Below are positions 30,261 through 39,942 of a stretch of DNA of 64,000 nucleotides, piece by piece; position 1 is the first letter of the stretch; the number at the start of each line of letters is the position of its first letter. Under the pieces are notes generated by a model. The model was not told the DNA's origin, searched no databases, and saw only the letters and a program-made list of their open reading frames with translations. The DNA is from Candidatus Latescibacterota bacterium (GTDB taxonomy: Bacteria > Latescibacterota > UBA2968 > UBA8231). Location: positions 1,152,001 through 1,216,000 of the forward strand of contig OZ242318.1 of the NCBI GenBank assembly GCA_965208105.1, in the 5' to 3' direction. Both the position numbers and the translations under genes were made by a program.

Positions 30261-31151
30261 TCATCCCTTCTTCGCTCTCAGGGTGCGGTCCACCTCTTCC
30301 CGGTACTCGTCCCCCATTACGTTGACGGCATGGTCGATGCCCGAGCCGCGGGAGCGCTCCAGGTCGTGATCGGTGACCGGCAGGAGAGAGTTCACCTGGT
30401 TGTTGGCACTGATGAATTTCTCGGCCATGTTGACGCCGGCGCTCCAGCCGTAGTGGCCGCACTGGCGCACCACCCGCTGGCGGGCATAGGACGGGGTATG
30501 GCCCTGGGAAGCGTAGCTCATCTCCGCCTTGATGCGCTCCTCCTCCCAATCGGATATGTCCACGAAGAGGTCCACCTCGTCGCCGGGCAGGCTGGGGGCG
30601 GCGTAGAAAAGCCGCGCCGGCTTGTGGGGCACGCGGCTGGTGCCCTGCCGCGGATGCTGGGCGATGACCAGGGCCTCGATGACCACTGCGGCGCAGGTGG
30701 TGTGGTCGTCGGGGGCGGCGAAACGGCGGTCGTGGGTCTGCAGCGCGGGGACCTCGGTGATGAGCACGTCGGGACGCACGTCGCAGATGAGGTCGACGAC
30801 GCTCTCCACCATCTCGTCGGTGCGGATGACCGGCTTGTCCCTGAAACCCAGGAAGCGCATGTCGGTGACGCCGAAATAGCCGCATGCCTGCCGCGCTTCC
30901 TCGTACTTCTGCTCGGCGTATGCCTGGCGCTGCTGCTCCACAACCGCGGGGTCCTGCTCGTCCTCGTCCTTGTGCAGCTCCTCCCAGAGCCGCTCGTTGT
31001 GGGTGGCGCCGCCGTCGGTGAGAATGGCCACCGTGGCCTCGTCGCCGTTCTTGACGTGGTTGCCCATGGTGCCGATGGAGTGGGTGCAATCGTGGGGGTG
31101 GGCGTAGATGCCCAGAAGCTGAAGCTTCTCCCTGGTCTGCATCCAGAGCAT
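30261..31151 (-). CDS. PIG-L/LmbE family N-deacetylase
   Basis: AHPHD, LTDG, EARQAC, FLGFRD, RPDVLIT, PDDH, YASQ. Confidence 0.8.
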   Translation of the reverse strand: MLWMQTREKLQLLGIYAHPHDCTHSIGTMGNHVKNGDEATVAILTDGGATHNERLWEELHKDEDEQDPAVVEQQRQAYAEQKYEEARQACGYFGVTDMRFLGFRDKPVIRTDEMVESVVDLICDVRPDVLITEVPALQTHDRRFAAPDDHTTCAAVVIEALVIAQHPRQGTSRVPHKPARLFYAAPSLPGDEVDLFVDISDWEEERIKAEMSYASQGHTPSYARQRVVRQCGHYGWSAGVNMAEKFISANNQVNSLLPVTDHDLERSRGSGIDHAVNVMGDEYREEVDRTLRAKKG

Positions 31152-31366
31152 GAGTCGTACCTCCTTGAGGTTGGGGTTCGTTGCCAGGAACCGGACGGCC
31201 GCGAAGGGCAGCCCTCCCGCTGTCACGCGGCGGACCCGCCGGCGGCAAGAGACGGCCGCCGCCCGCGCTTGACTGCGGTCCCCGGCCCGCTAGTTTACCG
31301 GTTGGTTTTTCAAAGATAAATCCGAACCCTCGCCCTGCCTACCCCGGGGCCTGGAAAGGAGGCCCC

Positions 31367-32677
31367 ATGCCCGAAGCGCACGACAGCGAACTGTGGGAGG
31401 CGGCGGAGAAGCACCTGCTGCGCTACGGCGGCCACTTCGCCCCCTTTCTCGTCCATCGCGCCAGGGGCTCCTACGTCTACGACGGCGAGGGACGCGCCAT
31501 CCTCGACTTCACCTCGGGCCAGATGTGCGCCATCCTCGGCCACAACCACCCCGACATGCTCGCCGCCATGGAGCGCGCCATGGACGAGGTGCTGCACCTC
31601 TTCAGCAGCATGCTCTCCCCGGCGGTGGTGGAGCTGGCGCGGGAGCTGGCGGCGCTGCTGCCCGGGAGCCTGGGCAAGGTCCTGCTGATCAATACCGGGA
31701 GCGAATCCAACGAGGCCGCCCTGCGCCTGGCCAAACTCCACACCGGCGGCTTCGAGGTGGTGGCCTTCGATGCTTCCTGGCACGGCATGACCGCGGGGGC
31801 CTCCTCCAGCACCTATTCCGCCGGCCGTAGAGGCTACGGTCCGGGGGTTCCCGGGGCCATGGCCCTGCCGGTGCCCAACTGCTATCGCTGCCCCATCCGC
31901 CACTGCCGCGACCGCTGCGACCTGGCCTGCCTGGAAGCCGGCTTCGAAACCCTGGACCGTCAATCGGTCGGCGCCTACGCCGCGGTCATCGCCGAACCCC
32001 TCCTCAGCGTCGGCGGCGTCGTCGAGCTGTCCCGAAGCTACCTGCAAGGCCTGGCGCAGAAAGCGCGGGAACGGGGCATGCTGCTCATCCTAGACGAAGC
32101 CCAGACAGCCCTGGGACGCACCGGCGCCAACTTCGCCTTCGAGCACCACCAGGTGGCGCCGGACATCCTGACCCTGTCCAAGACCCTGGGGGCGGGACTG
32201 CCGCTGGCGGCCACCATAACCAGCGCCGAGATCGAAGCCAACTGCCACCGCAAAGGCTTCCTCTACTACACCTCCCACGTCTCCGACCCATTGCCGGCAC
32301 GGGTGGGTCTGGCGGTGCTGGAGGTCCTCCGGCGCGACGCCCTGTCGGCCCGGGCCAGGGAGCTGGGCTCCTACCTGCGCGGCGGCCTGGAGTCCCTGCG
32401 GGAGCGCCACGAGTGCATCGGCGACATTCGCGGCCGAGGCCTGCTGCTGGGGGTGGAGATCGTCGCCGACCGGGAGGGGCGCACACCCGCGCCCGGCCTG
32501 GGCACGGAGATCTCGAAACGCTGTCTCGAGCTCGGGCTGAGCATGAACATCGTCCAGCTCCCCGGCTTCGGCGGTGTCTTTCGCATTGCGCCGCCGCTGA
32601 CGGTGAGCCGGGAGGAAATCGATTCGGCTTTGACAATCCTCGATCAGGCACTCGGCGAGTGCGCCGCCGCCTCCTGA
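31367..32677 (+). CDS. class III PLP aminotransferase, 2,2-dialkylglycine decarboxylase-like
   Basis: ILDFTSGQM, HLFS, SWHGMT, DEAQT, DILTLSKTLGAGLPL, HVSDPLPA. Confidence 0.85.
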   Translation: MPEAHDSELWEAAEKHLLRYGGHFAPFLVHRARGSYVYDGEGRAILDFTSGQMCAILGHNHPDMLAAMERAMDEVLHLFSSMLSPAVVELARELAALLPGSLGKVLLINTGSESNEAALRLAKLHTGGFEVVAFDASWHGMTAGASSSTYSAGRRGYGPGVPGAMALPVPNCYRCPIRHCRDRCDLACLEAGFETLDRQSVGAYAAVIAEPLLSVGGVVELSRSYLQGLAQKARERGMLLILDEAQTALGRTGANFAFEHHQVAPDILTLSKTLGAGLPLAATITSAEIEANCHRKGFLYYTSHVSDPLPARVGLAVLEVLRRDALSARARELGSYLRGGLESLRERHECIGDIRGRGLLLGVEIVADREGRTPAPGLGTEISKRCLELGLSMNIVQLPGFGGVFRIAPPLTVSREEIDSALTILDQALGECAAAS

Positions 32678-32686
32678 GGGGGAACC

Positions 32687-33046
32687 ATGGCGCAGAAGCA
32701 CAGCACGGTGCGCAATGGCAAACGGCTGGTGTGGCACACCGAAAAGCTGTGGGCCCTGTCCGCCCACCTCGTTCCATTCGAGATCGAGATCGCCGCAATC
32801 GGGGAGCTTGACCGGGACTGCTGGTTCGGCGCGGGGAAGAAGCCCACCCTCAGGGAGGTGGCGCGCCATTGCCGCCAAATCAACGAAGCCTCCCTGGACC
32901 AACCCATCATCCTCAACGCCGACGGCTCGCTCATGGACGGCGGCCACCGCCTGTGCAAAGCCTTGCTCGAGGGCAAAAAGACCATAAAGGCGGTGCAGTT
33001 TTCCACCATGCCCGAGCCGGACGAGATCCACCTTCTGGATTCCTGA
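32687..33046 (+). CDS. small ParB/sulfiredoxin-like domain protein
   Basis: PIIL...LMDGGHRLCKALLEG motif. Confidence 0.6.
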   Translation: MAQKHSTVRNGKRLVWHTEKLWALSAHLVPFEIEIAAIGELDRDCWFGAGKKPTLREVARHCRQINEASLDQPIILNADGSLMDGGHRLCKALLEGKKTIKAVQFSTMPEPDEIHLLDS

Positions 33047-33057
33047 CCCGCGGGCTG

Positions 33058-35169
33058 CTAGGCCTGGATCAGCAGGTTGCCGAAGGGGTCCACCTCGGCG
33101 CGGTAGCCTGGGTGGACCAGGGTGGTGGAGTCCATCTCCTCGACGATGGCGGGACCATCGATGCGGCAGCCTGCACCCAGCTTGTAGCGGTCGAAAATGG
33201 GGCAGTCCACGTAGGATTCTTCCTCGGCAAAATAGACCTGGCGCAGCGATTTTCGCGCGCTCTGCGCATTGTCCCCCTGCTGCAGCCGCCGCAGCGCCGG
33301 CTTGGCGATATCGCCGACGGCGGCCAGGCGCAGGTTCACCGCTTCCACCGGCTCGTCGGCGGCGTTGAATCCGTACACCCGGGCGTGCTCGGCGTGGAAT
33401 GCGGCGGCGAGGCGCTCCAGCTCGCGCGCCGGGAACGCGGCGTCGCGCACCGCGATGGGCAGCTCGTAGCTCTGGCCGACGTAGCGCAGGTCCAGCATCC
33501 TCTCGAAGCGCATGGCCCCGGGGTCCACGCCCTCGTCCTCGAGGGCGCCGCGCCCCCGCTGCTCCAGGCGGCCGAAGGCGGCCACCAGGTGGTCCGGGTC
33601 CATGGCGTCGAGGCGCTGGATGGAGGTGGTGTTGTACTCGTGCTTGAGGTCGGTGGCCAAAAGCCCCATGGCGGAGAAGGTGCCCGGGCTGCGGGGGACG
33701 ATGACCAGCGGAATGTCGAGCTCGGCGGCCAGGCGGTTGGCGTGCAGCGGCCCGGCGCCGCCGAAGGCGACGAGGGCGAAGTCGCGGGGATCGAAGCCGC
33801 GCTGTATCGAGATCCGCCGCAGCGCCCCGGCCATAGCCGCGTTGGCGATCTCGACGATGCCGTGGGCCGCTTCCACCAGCTCCATGTTCAGCGACCGGGC
33901 GCAGCTTGCGGCGATGGCCTCCCGCGCGGCAGCCACGTCGAGGGCAATCTCACCGCCGAGGAAGTAGCCCGGGTCGATGCGCCCCAGGACCAGGTTGGCG
34001 TCGGTTATGGTGGGCTCGGTCCCTCCCGAGGCATAGCACACCGGGCCGGGATCCGCCCCGGCGCTGCGGGGACCGACGCGCAGCAGGCTGGCGCTATCCA
34101 CCCAGGCCACCGAGCCGCCGCCGGCGCCGATCTCCACCAGGTCGATGACCGGGGTCCTGAGCGGGTACCCTCCCCCCTTGCCGCCGTGGTCGCTGGGACT
34201 GGCGGCGCTGCCCACCTCGTACTCCTTGGTAATTTGGGGAACGCTCTCCTGGATCAGCCCGGTCTTCGCCGTGGTGCCCCCCATGTCGAAGGACAGGAGA
34301 TTCGGTTTGCCGAGCTCGGCGCCGAGGTAGCTGGCGGCGATGACCCCGGCGGCGGGCCCGGACTCCACCATGAACACGGGCCTCTCCGCCCCCGCCGCGA
34401 AGGTGTAGACGCCGCCGCTGCTCTGCATGAGGAGGAGGGAGGCGGACACTCCCTCCTGGCGCAGGCGCGACTCGATGCGCTGCAGGTAGCTGCCCACCAC
34501 GGGCCGGATGCCGGCGTTGATCACCGTGGTGCTGGCGCGGAAGTATTCGCGGAAGTCCGGGGCGATCTCGGAGGAGAGGGAAACGGCGTGAGAGGGAAAG
34601 ACCTCGCGAAGGATTTCTCCCACCCTTTCCTCGTGTTCCGGGTTGAGGTAGGAATGGAGGAGGCAGACGGCCACGGACTGCACCCCCTCCGCCTGCAATT
34701 CCTCCGCCGCCTGGCGCACCGCGGCTTCGTCCAGGGGCTCCACCACCCGGCCGCGCCCGTCGAGGCGCTCGGGAACGCCGCGGCACCGGTAGCGCGGAAC
34801 CAGGGGGGCCGGCTTGCGAAAGTGGACGTCGTAGAGGGAGGAGCGGATCTGGCGCTGGATCTCCAGCATGTCGCGGAATCCGGCGGTGGTGACGAAGCCG
34901 GTGGGGGCGAGCTTGCCCTCGATGATGGAGTTGGTCGCCACGGTGGTGGCGTGCACCACGTAGCTCAGGTCCACGGGTTCCACCCCGGCCTCGGCGAGGA
35001 TGCGGGTGGCGGCGCTCAAGAAGCCGCGCGAAGGGTCGTCGGGGGTGGAAGGGACCTTGGAGATGCGCACCTCGCCGCTGGATTCGTCGATCAGTATGGC
35101 GTCGGTGAAGGTCCCGCCGATGTCGACCCCCAGGCGGTGGGTCTTCTTTGTGCTCGCCGCTTCGCTCAG
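33058..35169 (-). CDS. hydantoinase/oxoprolinase ATP-hydrolysing subunit A (probable CTG start)
   Basis: GVDIGGTFTD, HATTVATN, ESGPAAG, DMGGTT, GPRSAGADPGP, PTITDAN, FGGAGPLHA. Confidence 0.92.
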   Translation of the reverse strand: MSEAASTKKTHRLGVDIGGTFTDAILIDESSGEVRISKVPSTPDDPSRGFLSAATRILAEAGVEPVDLSYVVHATTVATNSIIEGKLAPTGFVTTAGFRDMLEIQRQIRSSLYDVHFRKPAPLVPRYRCRGVPERLDGRGRVVEPLDEAAVRQAAEELQAEGVQSVAVCLLHSYLNPEHEERVGEILREVFPSHAVSLSSEIAPDFREYFRASTTVINAGIRPVVGSYLQRIESRLRQEGVSASLLLMQSSGGVYTFAAGAERPVFMVESGPAAGVIAASYLGAELGKPNLLSFDMGGTTAKTGLIQESVPQITKEYEVGSAASPSDHGGKGGGYPLRTPVIDLVEIGAGGGSVAWVDSASLLRVGPRSAGADPGPVCYASGGTEPTITDANLVLGRIDPGYFLGGEIALDVAAAREAIAASCARSLNMELVEAAHGIVEIANAAMAGALRRISIQRGFDPRDFALVAFGGAGPLHANRLAAELDIPLVIVPRSPGTFSAMGLLATDLKHEYNTTSIQRLDAMDPDHLVAAFGRLEQRGRGALEDEGVDPGAMRFERMLDLRYVGQSYELPIAVRDAAFPARELERLAAAFHAEHARVYGFNAADEPVEAVNLRLAAVGDIAKPALRRLQQGDNAQSARKSLRQVYFAEEESYVDCPIFDRYKLGAGCRIDGPAIVEEMDSTTLVHPGYRAEVDPFGNLLIQA

Positions 35170-35173
35170 ACCG

Positions 35174-36973
35174 TCAACCCTCCTTCGCCGCCTTCGTCCG
35201 GGCGGTCCCCTTCCCTGCAGCCGAGCTTCCCCGGGCCGCGGCGGCCTCCTCCGCCGCGCTGCGCAGCCTGGCGGTCTCCTCCGCGTCCACGCTCCAGGAC
35301 TCCGTGTCCACCGCCACCCGGTAGACCGAGCGCGCCCGCTCCAGGCTGACCTTGCCGTCGCGCACGTCCCTGAGCACGAGCCGCGGGTCCCTCTCCTCCG
35401 GTGGGCCGAAGCCGCCGCCGCCGCAGGTGCGGTAGCTGATGACCTCCCCCGGCTTGAGCTGCACCGTGACCTTTGACCCCAGCTCGCGCACGCCGTCGTC
35501 GTTCTCCAGCACGTAGGCGGCCCTGCGCCCGTCCCTTCCCTGGAAGAGGCCGCCGGGGCCCCAGCGGTCGCGGTCGGCGAGAATGGTGAAGCTGGTCTCG
35601 CCCCCCAGGAACTGGTAGTCGCGCCGCATTCCCAGGCCGCCGCGGTACTTGCCCGCCCCATCGCTGTCGTCCACCAGCTCGTAGCGCAGGATGCGCACCG
35701 GGTAGTTCATCTCGGTCTCCTCGATGGGAGCGTTCTCCGTGTTCTGCCCGTGGGCCTGCACCGCGTCGGGGCCGTCGCTGCTGCAGCGTCCCCCGTAGCC
35801 GCCGCCCAGGGTCTCCAGGAAGCAGTAGTACTCGCCGCTGGCCGGATCGATGCCGCCGAACCCGGAGTGGCAGATCATGCCCTTGGTGCCGGCTGGAACC
35901 CGCCGCGGAATGGCCTGGGAGAGGGCCCTGAACATGACCTCCACCAGGCGCATATGGGTCTCCCAGCCTCCCACCACCGGCGCCGGCGGGGTGCAGTGAA
36001 CCACGGTCCCCTCGGGGGCGACGAGGCGCACCGAGCGGTAGAACCCGGCGTTGATGGGCACGTCGGTGTCGATGGCGCAGCGCAGCGCGTAGGCGGCCGC
36101 GGCATAAGTCATTGAGTAGGTGGAGTTCACCGGCGCCGTGCGCTGCGGATCGCTCCCGGTGAAATCGAAGAGCATGCCGTCGCCGTCGATGACGATGCGC
36201 ACCGCGAGCCTGACCGGGTCGTCGGTGAAGCCGTCGTTGTCCACCCGTCCCTCGGCGGCGAACTCGCCGCGGGGAAGCTTGGCCACCTGGTCGCGGGTGA
36301 GGCGGTCGGAGTAGTCGATCAAACGGGAGACGTAGTCGTCGACGGTGGCGCTGCCGTAGCGTTCGAGCAGGTGGGTGAGACGGCGCCCCCCGGTGTTGTT
36401 GGCGGCGATCTGGGCGCGGAAGTCCCCGGCGGTCTCGCGCTTGGAACGAATCTGCCCGAGAATGAGGCGAAAGACGTCGTCGTTGATCTCCCCTCCCTCG
36501 GCGAGCTTCACCGGCGGGATGATGATGCCCTCCTGGTACACCTCGCGGAAGGCGCCCACACTGGCCGGCGCCCCACCGCCCACGTCAACGTGGTGGGCCA
36601 GGTTGGACACGTAGCCGAAGACCTCGCCCTCGAAGTAGACCGGGGAGATGACGAAGATGTCGTTGAGATGGACCCCTCCCAAGTAGGGGTCGTTCATGAC
36701 GATGGTGTCTCCCGGACCCAGGTTCTCGACGCCGTAGTCGCGCAGCGCCAGGGGCACCATGCGCACCATGGAGCCCAGGTGGTTGGCCTGGGCGAAGCAC
36801 TGGGCGAGGACGCGCATTTCGCGGTCGAAGATGGCGCATGAGTAGTCGCAGCGGGTCTTGATGTTGGTGGAGTAGGCGCTGCGGCGCAGAGCCGCGGACA
36901 TCTCCTCGGTGGTCTCCACCAAGGCGTTGCGGATGACCTCGAATTTTATCGGATCGTAGGCGGCGTCCTTCAT
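35174..36973 (-). CDS. hydantoinase B/oxoprolinase subunit
   Basis: RSAYSTNI, HLGSM, NDPYLGGVHLND, HHVDVGG, QEG, TCGGGGFGPP. Confidence 0.93.
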   Translation of the reverse strand: MKDAAYDPIKFEVIRNALVETTEEMSAALRRSAYSTNIKTRCDYSCAIFDREMRVLAQCFAQANHLGSMVRMVPLALRDYGVENLGPGDTIVMNDPYLGGVHLNDIFVISPVYFEGEVFGYVSNLAHHVDVGGGAPASVGAFREVYQEGIIIPPVKLAEGGEINDDVFRLILGQIRSKRETAGDFRAQIAANNTGGRRLTHLLERYGSATVDDYVSRLIDYSDRLTRDQVAKLPRGEFAAEGRVDNDGFTDDPVRLAVRIVIDGDGMLFDFTGSDPQRTAPVNSTYSMTYAAAAYALRCAIDTDVPINAGFYRSVRLVAPEGTVVHCTPPAPVVGGWETHMRLVEVMFRALSQAIPRRVPAGTKGMICHSGFGGIDPASGEYYCFLETLGGGYGGRCSSDGPDAVQAHGQNTENAPIEETEMNYPVRILRYELVDDSDGAGKYRGGLGMRRDYQFLGGETSFTILADRDRWGPGGLFQGRDGRRAAYVLENDDGVRELGSKVTVQLKPGEVISYRTCGGGGFGPPEERDPRLVLRDVRDGKVSLERARSVYRVAVDTESWSVDAEETARLRSAAEEAAAARGSSAAGKGTARTKAAKEG

Positions 36974-37087
36974 CTCGCAGGGTAATATATCCTTTTGCCA
37001 GCCGGGCTCAAGGACGGGCGGGGCAAAATCAATATGGTATGGGGATTGACCGGGCAACGGAGCCAGAATCAGATTACAGATGCGGCT

Positions 37088-37120
37088 TTCAACAAATTCG
37101 TTGACAACGGATCTGTTGAA
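37088..37120. repeat. 33-bp near-perfect palindrome
   Basis: TTCAACAAATTCGTTG-A-CAACGGATCTGTTGAA; 14 of 16 arm positions are Watson-Crick. Confidence 0.75.
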
Positions 37121-37308
37121 TATCGGGGATGTTGGGCAGTCGCGCTCCAGGTCTCTCAGGCGCACTTCGCCCGCAGCCGATCAGGCGTAGTCGAATTGCG
37201 GTTGGGGATCTGGTTGCGCGGATGTGATGGCTGGCGCTCGCTCCTGCAAGCCCGGGCCGTGCAGACAGCAGTGGATCGAACTTGGGTCGATGAACCAAAA
37301 ATAAAGGC

Positions 37309-38856
37309 TCAATCCTCAAGCCAGTAAGAATAAAACGCACCGTTGCGCAGCGCAAAGCGCAGACTGACCATCTGCCCTTTCAATTCTCTCGGATTGCCCT
37401 TTTGCCATCGTACCTCACCATTCAGTAAATCGCCCTGTATCAGCGCCGATGTGGCCAAAACCTTGCCCTCTCCGTCTACCATCTCAACGCGCAACCCTCC
37501 CTCCTCCAGCTCCGCATTGACCATCAGCTTATTGCCCTGCAAGGTGAAAGGCTGCGTCTGCACAACACCCTCTTCCTCCCCGGCATCGAGCGAAACAAAG
37601 CCATCGCGCCGCAGCACCGCCAGGTGGAGCGCACAGTCGGAGTCGTCCAACCAGTCGGCCCGCTCGGCGTCGGACAGCGTAGAAGGATCGCGTGGACGGC
37701 CATCGGTAAAGTGGGCGTAAAAGCTCGCTCGCCGCTTCATGCCGTTGTAGTAGAAGCGCACCTCGTCGCCGTGAACCACACCCTGGTTGAAAAAGCCCAG
37801 CTGCAGGCGGTCGTAGTTCCCCACCAGGCCCTCGTCGAGGCGCGAGGTTTCCAAAAAGGGTTGCCGATCCCCCAACCGCTCCCATTGGTCCAGGTCGCGA
37901 CTGGCGGCCAGCTGAATGGTATTGAACCCGTCCGTATTGACGCGTTCAGGCAAATTCTGGCCTGTTGGATAGAAGACCGTGGTCAGCCCGAGATACACTC
38001 CTTCGTAGGGAAATACCCCGAAATTATAGCACTCTGCCTGCCAGGTAGCTATGTGGTTTTTGCCTTCCGGCGGCGTCCAGCCCACAGCCGGGTCCGGATC
38101 CACGAACATCGGCTTGGCCAGAGCGGGATTGGCCAGACGGCGCCGAATAATATCCAGAGCCATCTCCTGGTCGCGCCCCGTGTCCATGCCAAAGATGAAG
38201 CGCGGCTCCGACCAGTTCTCGAAATCCTCACTGACCGCCACGTCGTACGCACGTCCCACGGCGGCGGGATTGGCAATCGCACCGGGCCTTTTGAGCAGGG
38301 CGAGAAAACGCCTTTGCGGCCGGTCGTAGGTCATGGTGCCGGCGTCGCCCGAACGCAGGTTGAGGGGATCAAATTCCAGCTTGCGCCAGTGGGTGCAGTC
38401 GGGACTGACCACCGGAATGCGCCCCTTCGGCACGGTGATCAAGCCTTTATAGCGCCGCGACTCGTCGGCGTCGTCCGGATCGTAAACGACATGCCAGACC
38501 CGCTTCCTGTCGGGAGTTTCAAAGAGGTTGTTCTGCTTCGAGCCCTGGAAGTCGACGAGCCCCAACTCGGGCTTTTCCCATTGCAAGCCATTGGTAGAGA
38601 TTGCCAGAGCATACCTCTTTTCCTCCCCCGAACGCACCTCGTAAACCAGCTTGTAGACCTTCTCGTCCTCGATCCACATAGGCGCCGAGGCTGTATGCAC
38701 TCCATTTCCATCGGAGGGCTGATCGACTTTCAATACAACTCCGCGCTTTTCGGGCCGGTGCATGGTCGTGGTCAGGTTCTCCATCCGGGCGATGCCCACA
38801 TCATCCAGAAAGAGCTGTCGCTGCTCCGGCGCCACCTTAAACCCGACTGGCTTCAT
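37309..38856 (-). CDS. uncharacterised beta-propeller glycoside-hydrolase-like protein (paralog 1)
   Basis: QLFLDD, STNGLQWEKP, SEDFENW, SRDLDQW Asp-box-like repeats, LRRDGFVSLDAG, FYSYW; RBS AAGGAG. Confidence 0.7.
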   Translation of the reverse strand: MKPVGFKVAPEQRQLFLDDVGIARMENLTTTMHRPEKRGVVLKVDQPSDGNGVHTASAPMWIEDEKVYKLVYEVRSGEEKRYALAISTNGLQWEKPELGLVDFQGSKQNNLFETPDRKRVWHVVYDPDDADESRRYKGLITVPKGRIPVVSPDCTHWRKLEFDPLNLRSGDAGTMTYDRPQRRFLALLKRPGAIANPAAVGRAYDVAVSEDFENWSEPRFIFGMDTGRDQEMALDIIRRRLANPALAKPMFVDPDPAVGWTPPEGKNHIATWQAECYNFGVFPYEGVYLGLTTVFYPTGQNLPERVNTDGFNTIQLAASRDLDQWERLGDRQPFLETSRLDEGLVGNYDRLQLGFFNQGVVHGDEVRFYYNGMKRRASFYAHFTDGRPRDPSTLSDAERADWLDDSDCALHLAVLRRDGFVSLDAGEEEGVVQTQPFTLQGNKLMVNAELEEGGLRVEMVDGEGKVLATSALIQGDLLNGEVRWQKGNPRELKGQMVSLRFALRNGAFYSYWLED

Positions 38857-38936
38857 CTTTGACGATCTCCTTTGTATGATTGTATGAAGCAGCCCGCGAT
38901 CAATTCCAGCATTTCCGGCGAGAGCCGTGCCTTGAC

Positions 38937-38990
38937 GCACAGGGCATTGTCAAAGCAATCGCCGGCCGAGCCCATCGCCGACTGAAGCCG
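38937..38990 (-). pseudogene. tiny IS3-family transposase remnant
   Basis: Translates to SAMGSAGDCFDNALC, resembling the IS3 integrase-core SMGSxGDCYDNA motif; no flanking transposase. Confidence 0.45.
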
Positions 38991-39016
38991 GGTCACCGAA
39001 GAGAAAACGCACCTCA

Positions 39017-39907
39017 TCAGGCCGGATAGGAAAATCCCTCTCCGATCTTCCACACTCCCTTCTCGCGAAAAGCGGGAATGGTCTGGCGGCGGGCGGCGTT
39101 GGTGACCGCGGCGGCCGATAGCCCATGCTGCCTGATATAATCCGACAGCCTGACGATGGCCTCCCCCTGCAAATAGCTCAGCCTCTTGTGCAGAGACTCT
39201 GTGAGCGCCAGCGCCAGAATGCCTTCCATAATCCTCGTGTTTTTGCGGGCTTCATAGTCTCTGAACGCCTCGTAGTAACGCTCTTTCTCCGAATTTCGGA
39301 CGATGAGGCGCGGCAGCCCGAGTTGGAGAAGCTGAAAATTTATGATGACACGCCCGAGACGGCCGTTGCCGTCGCAAAAGGGATGGATGGTCTCGAAATC
39401 CAGGTGAAATCGGGCAATCTTGTCGAGGCAATATGACCCGAGGTCGCTGGAATACTCGAGGAGAATGTTGTCCATCATGCGCTCCACCTGCTCGGGTGCC
39501 GCTGCGATATGAGTACCCACCCGCACATACTCCCCATGCTGGCGATAGCGGCCGGCGATGGCATCATCAATGCCGCCGATGAGCATCTGATGCAAGAGGA
39601 GTATCAGCTCTTTGTTGAGCTCGCTGTCTTTGGCTCTGGCACGCTTGTATTCCATTAGGCGGGCCAGGTTTTTCGCCTCGAAGACTTCCCGCACAGAAAC
39701 ATCTCGGGACAGCGCCTGCTCCAAAAGGATTTTCTCCGTCTCATCAAGAGTGAGGGTTGAATTCTCGATCGCGTTCGAATTGTACACACTCTCGGATATC
39801 TCCACTTCATCGATCATTGACAGCAGCGCCTCCTTGCCGTGACGCAAGGTATCGTAGGCACGTTTAAGCCCCTGGATGCGGACTCTTATCGGCTGTGTAG
39901 TGGCCAT
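39017..39907 (-). CDS. Fic family protein (class II) with C-terminal HTH-like segment
   Basis: HPFCDGNGRLGR catalytic motif; SNAIEN inhibitory motif; lower GC. Confidence 0.93.
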   Translation of the reverse strand: MATTQPIRVRIQGLKRAYDTLRHGKEALLSMIDEVEISESVYNSNAIENSTLTLDETEKILLEQALSRDVSVREVFEAKNLARLMEYKRARAKDSELNKELILLLHQMLIGGIDDAIAGRYRQHGEYVRVGTHIAAAPEQVERMMDNILLEYSSDLGSYCLDKIARFHLDFETIHPFCDGNGRLGRVIINFQLLQLGLPRLIVRNSEKERYYEAFRDYEARKNTRIMEGILALALTESLHKRLSYLQGEAIVRLSDYIRQHGLSAAAVTNAARRQTIPAFREKGVWKIGEGFSYPA

Positions 39908-39913
39908 GTCGTT

Positions 39914-39942
39914 ATAGTAATATATTCACTATATATTGTCAA
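39914..39942 (-). promoter_or_regulatory. sigma70 promoter of fic with overlapping inverted repeat
   Basis: TTGACA, 17 nt, TACTAT, 6 nt, ATG; AATATAT-N5-ATATATT at 39919-39937. Confidence 0.75.

Noticed and set aside
35170-35661. Extended N-terminus of hydantoinase A in the ORF track
   Set aside because: Overlaps the hydantoinase B 3' end in another frame and has no recognisable motif.
36995-37355. Short ORFs on both strands in the intergenic gap
   Set aside because: No RBS, motif or host-like codon bias.
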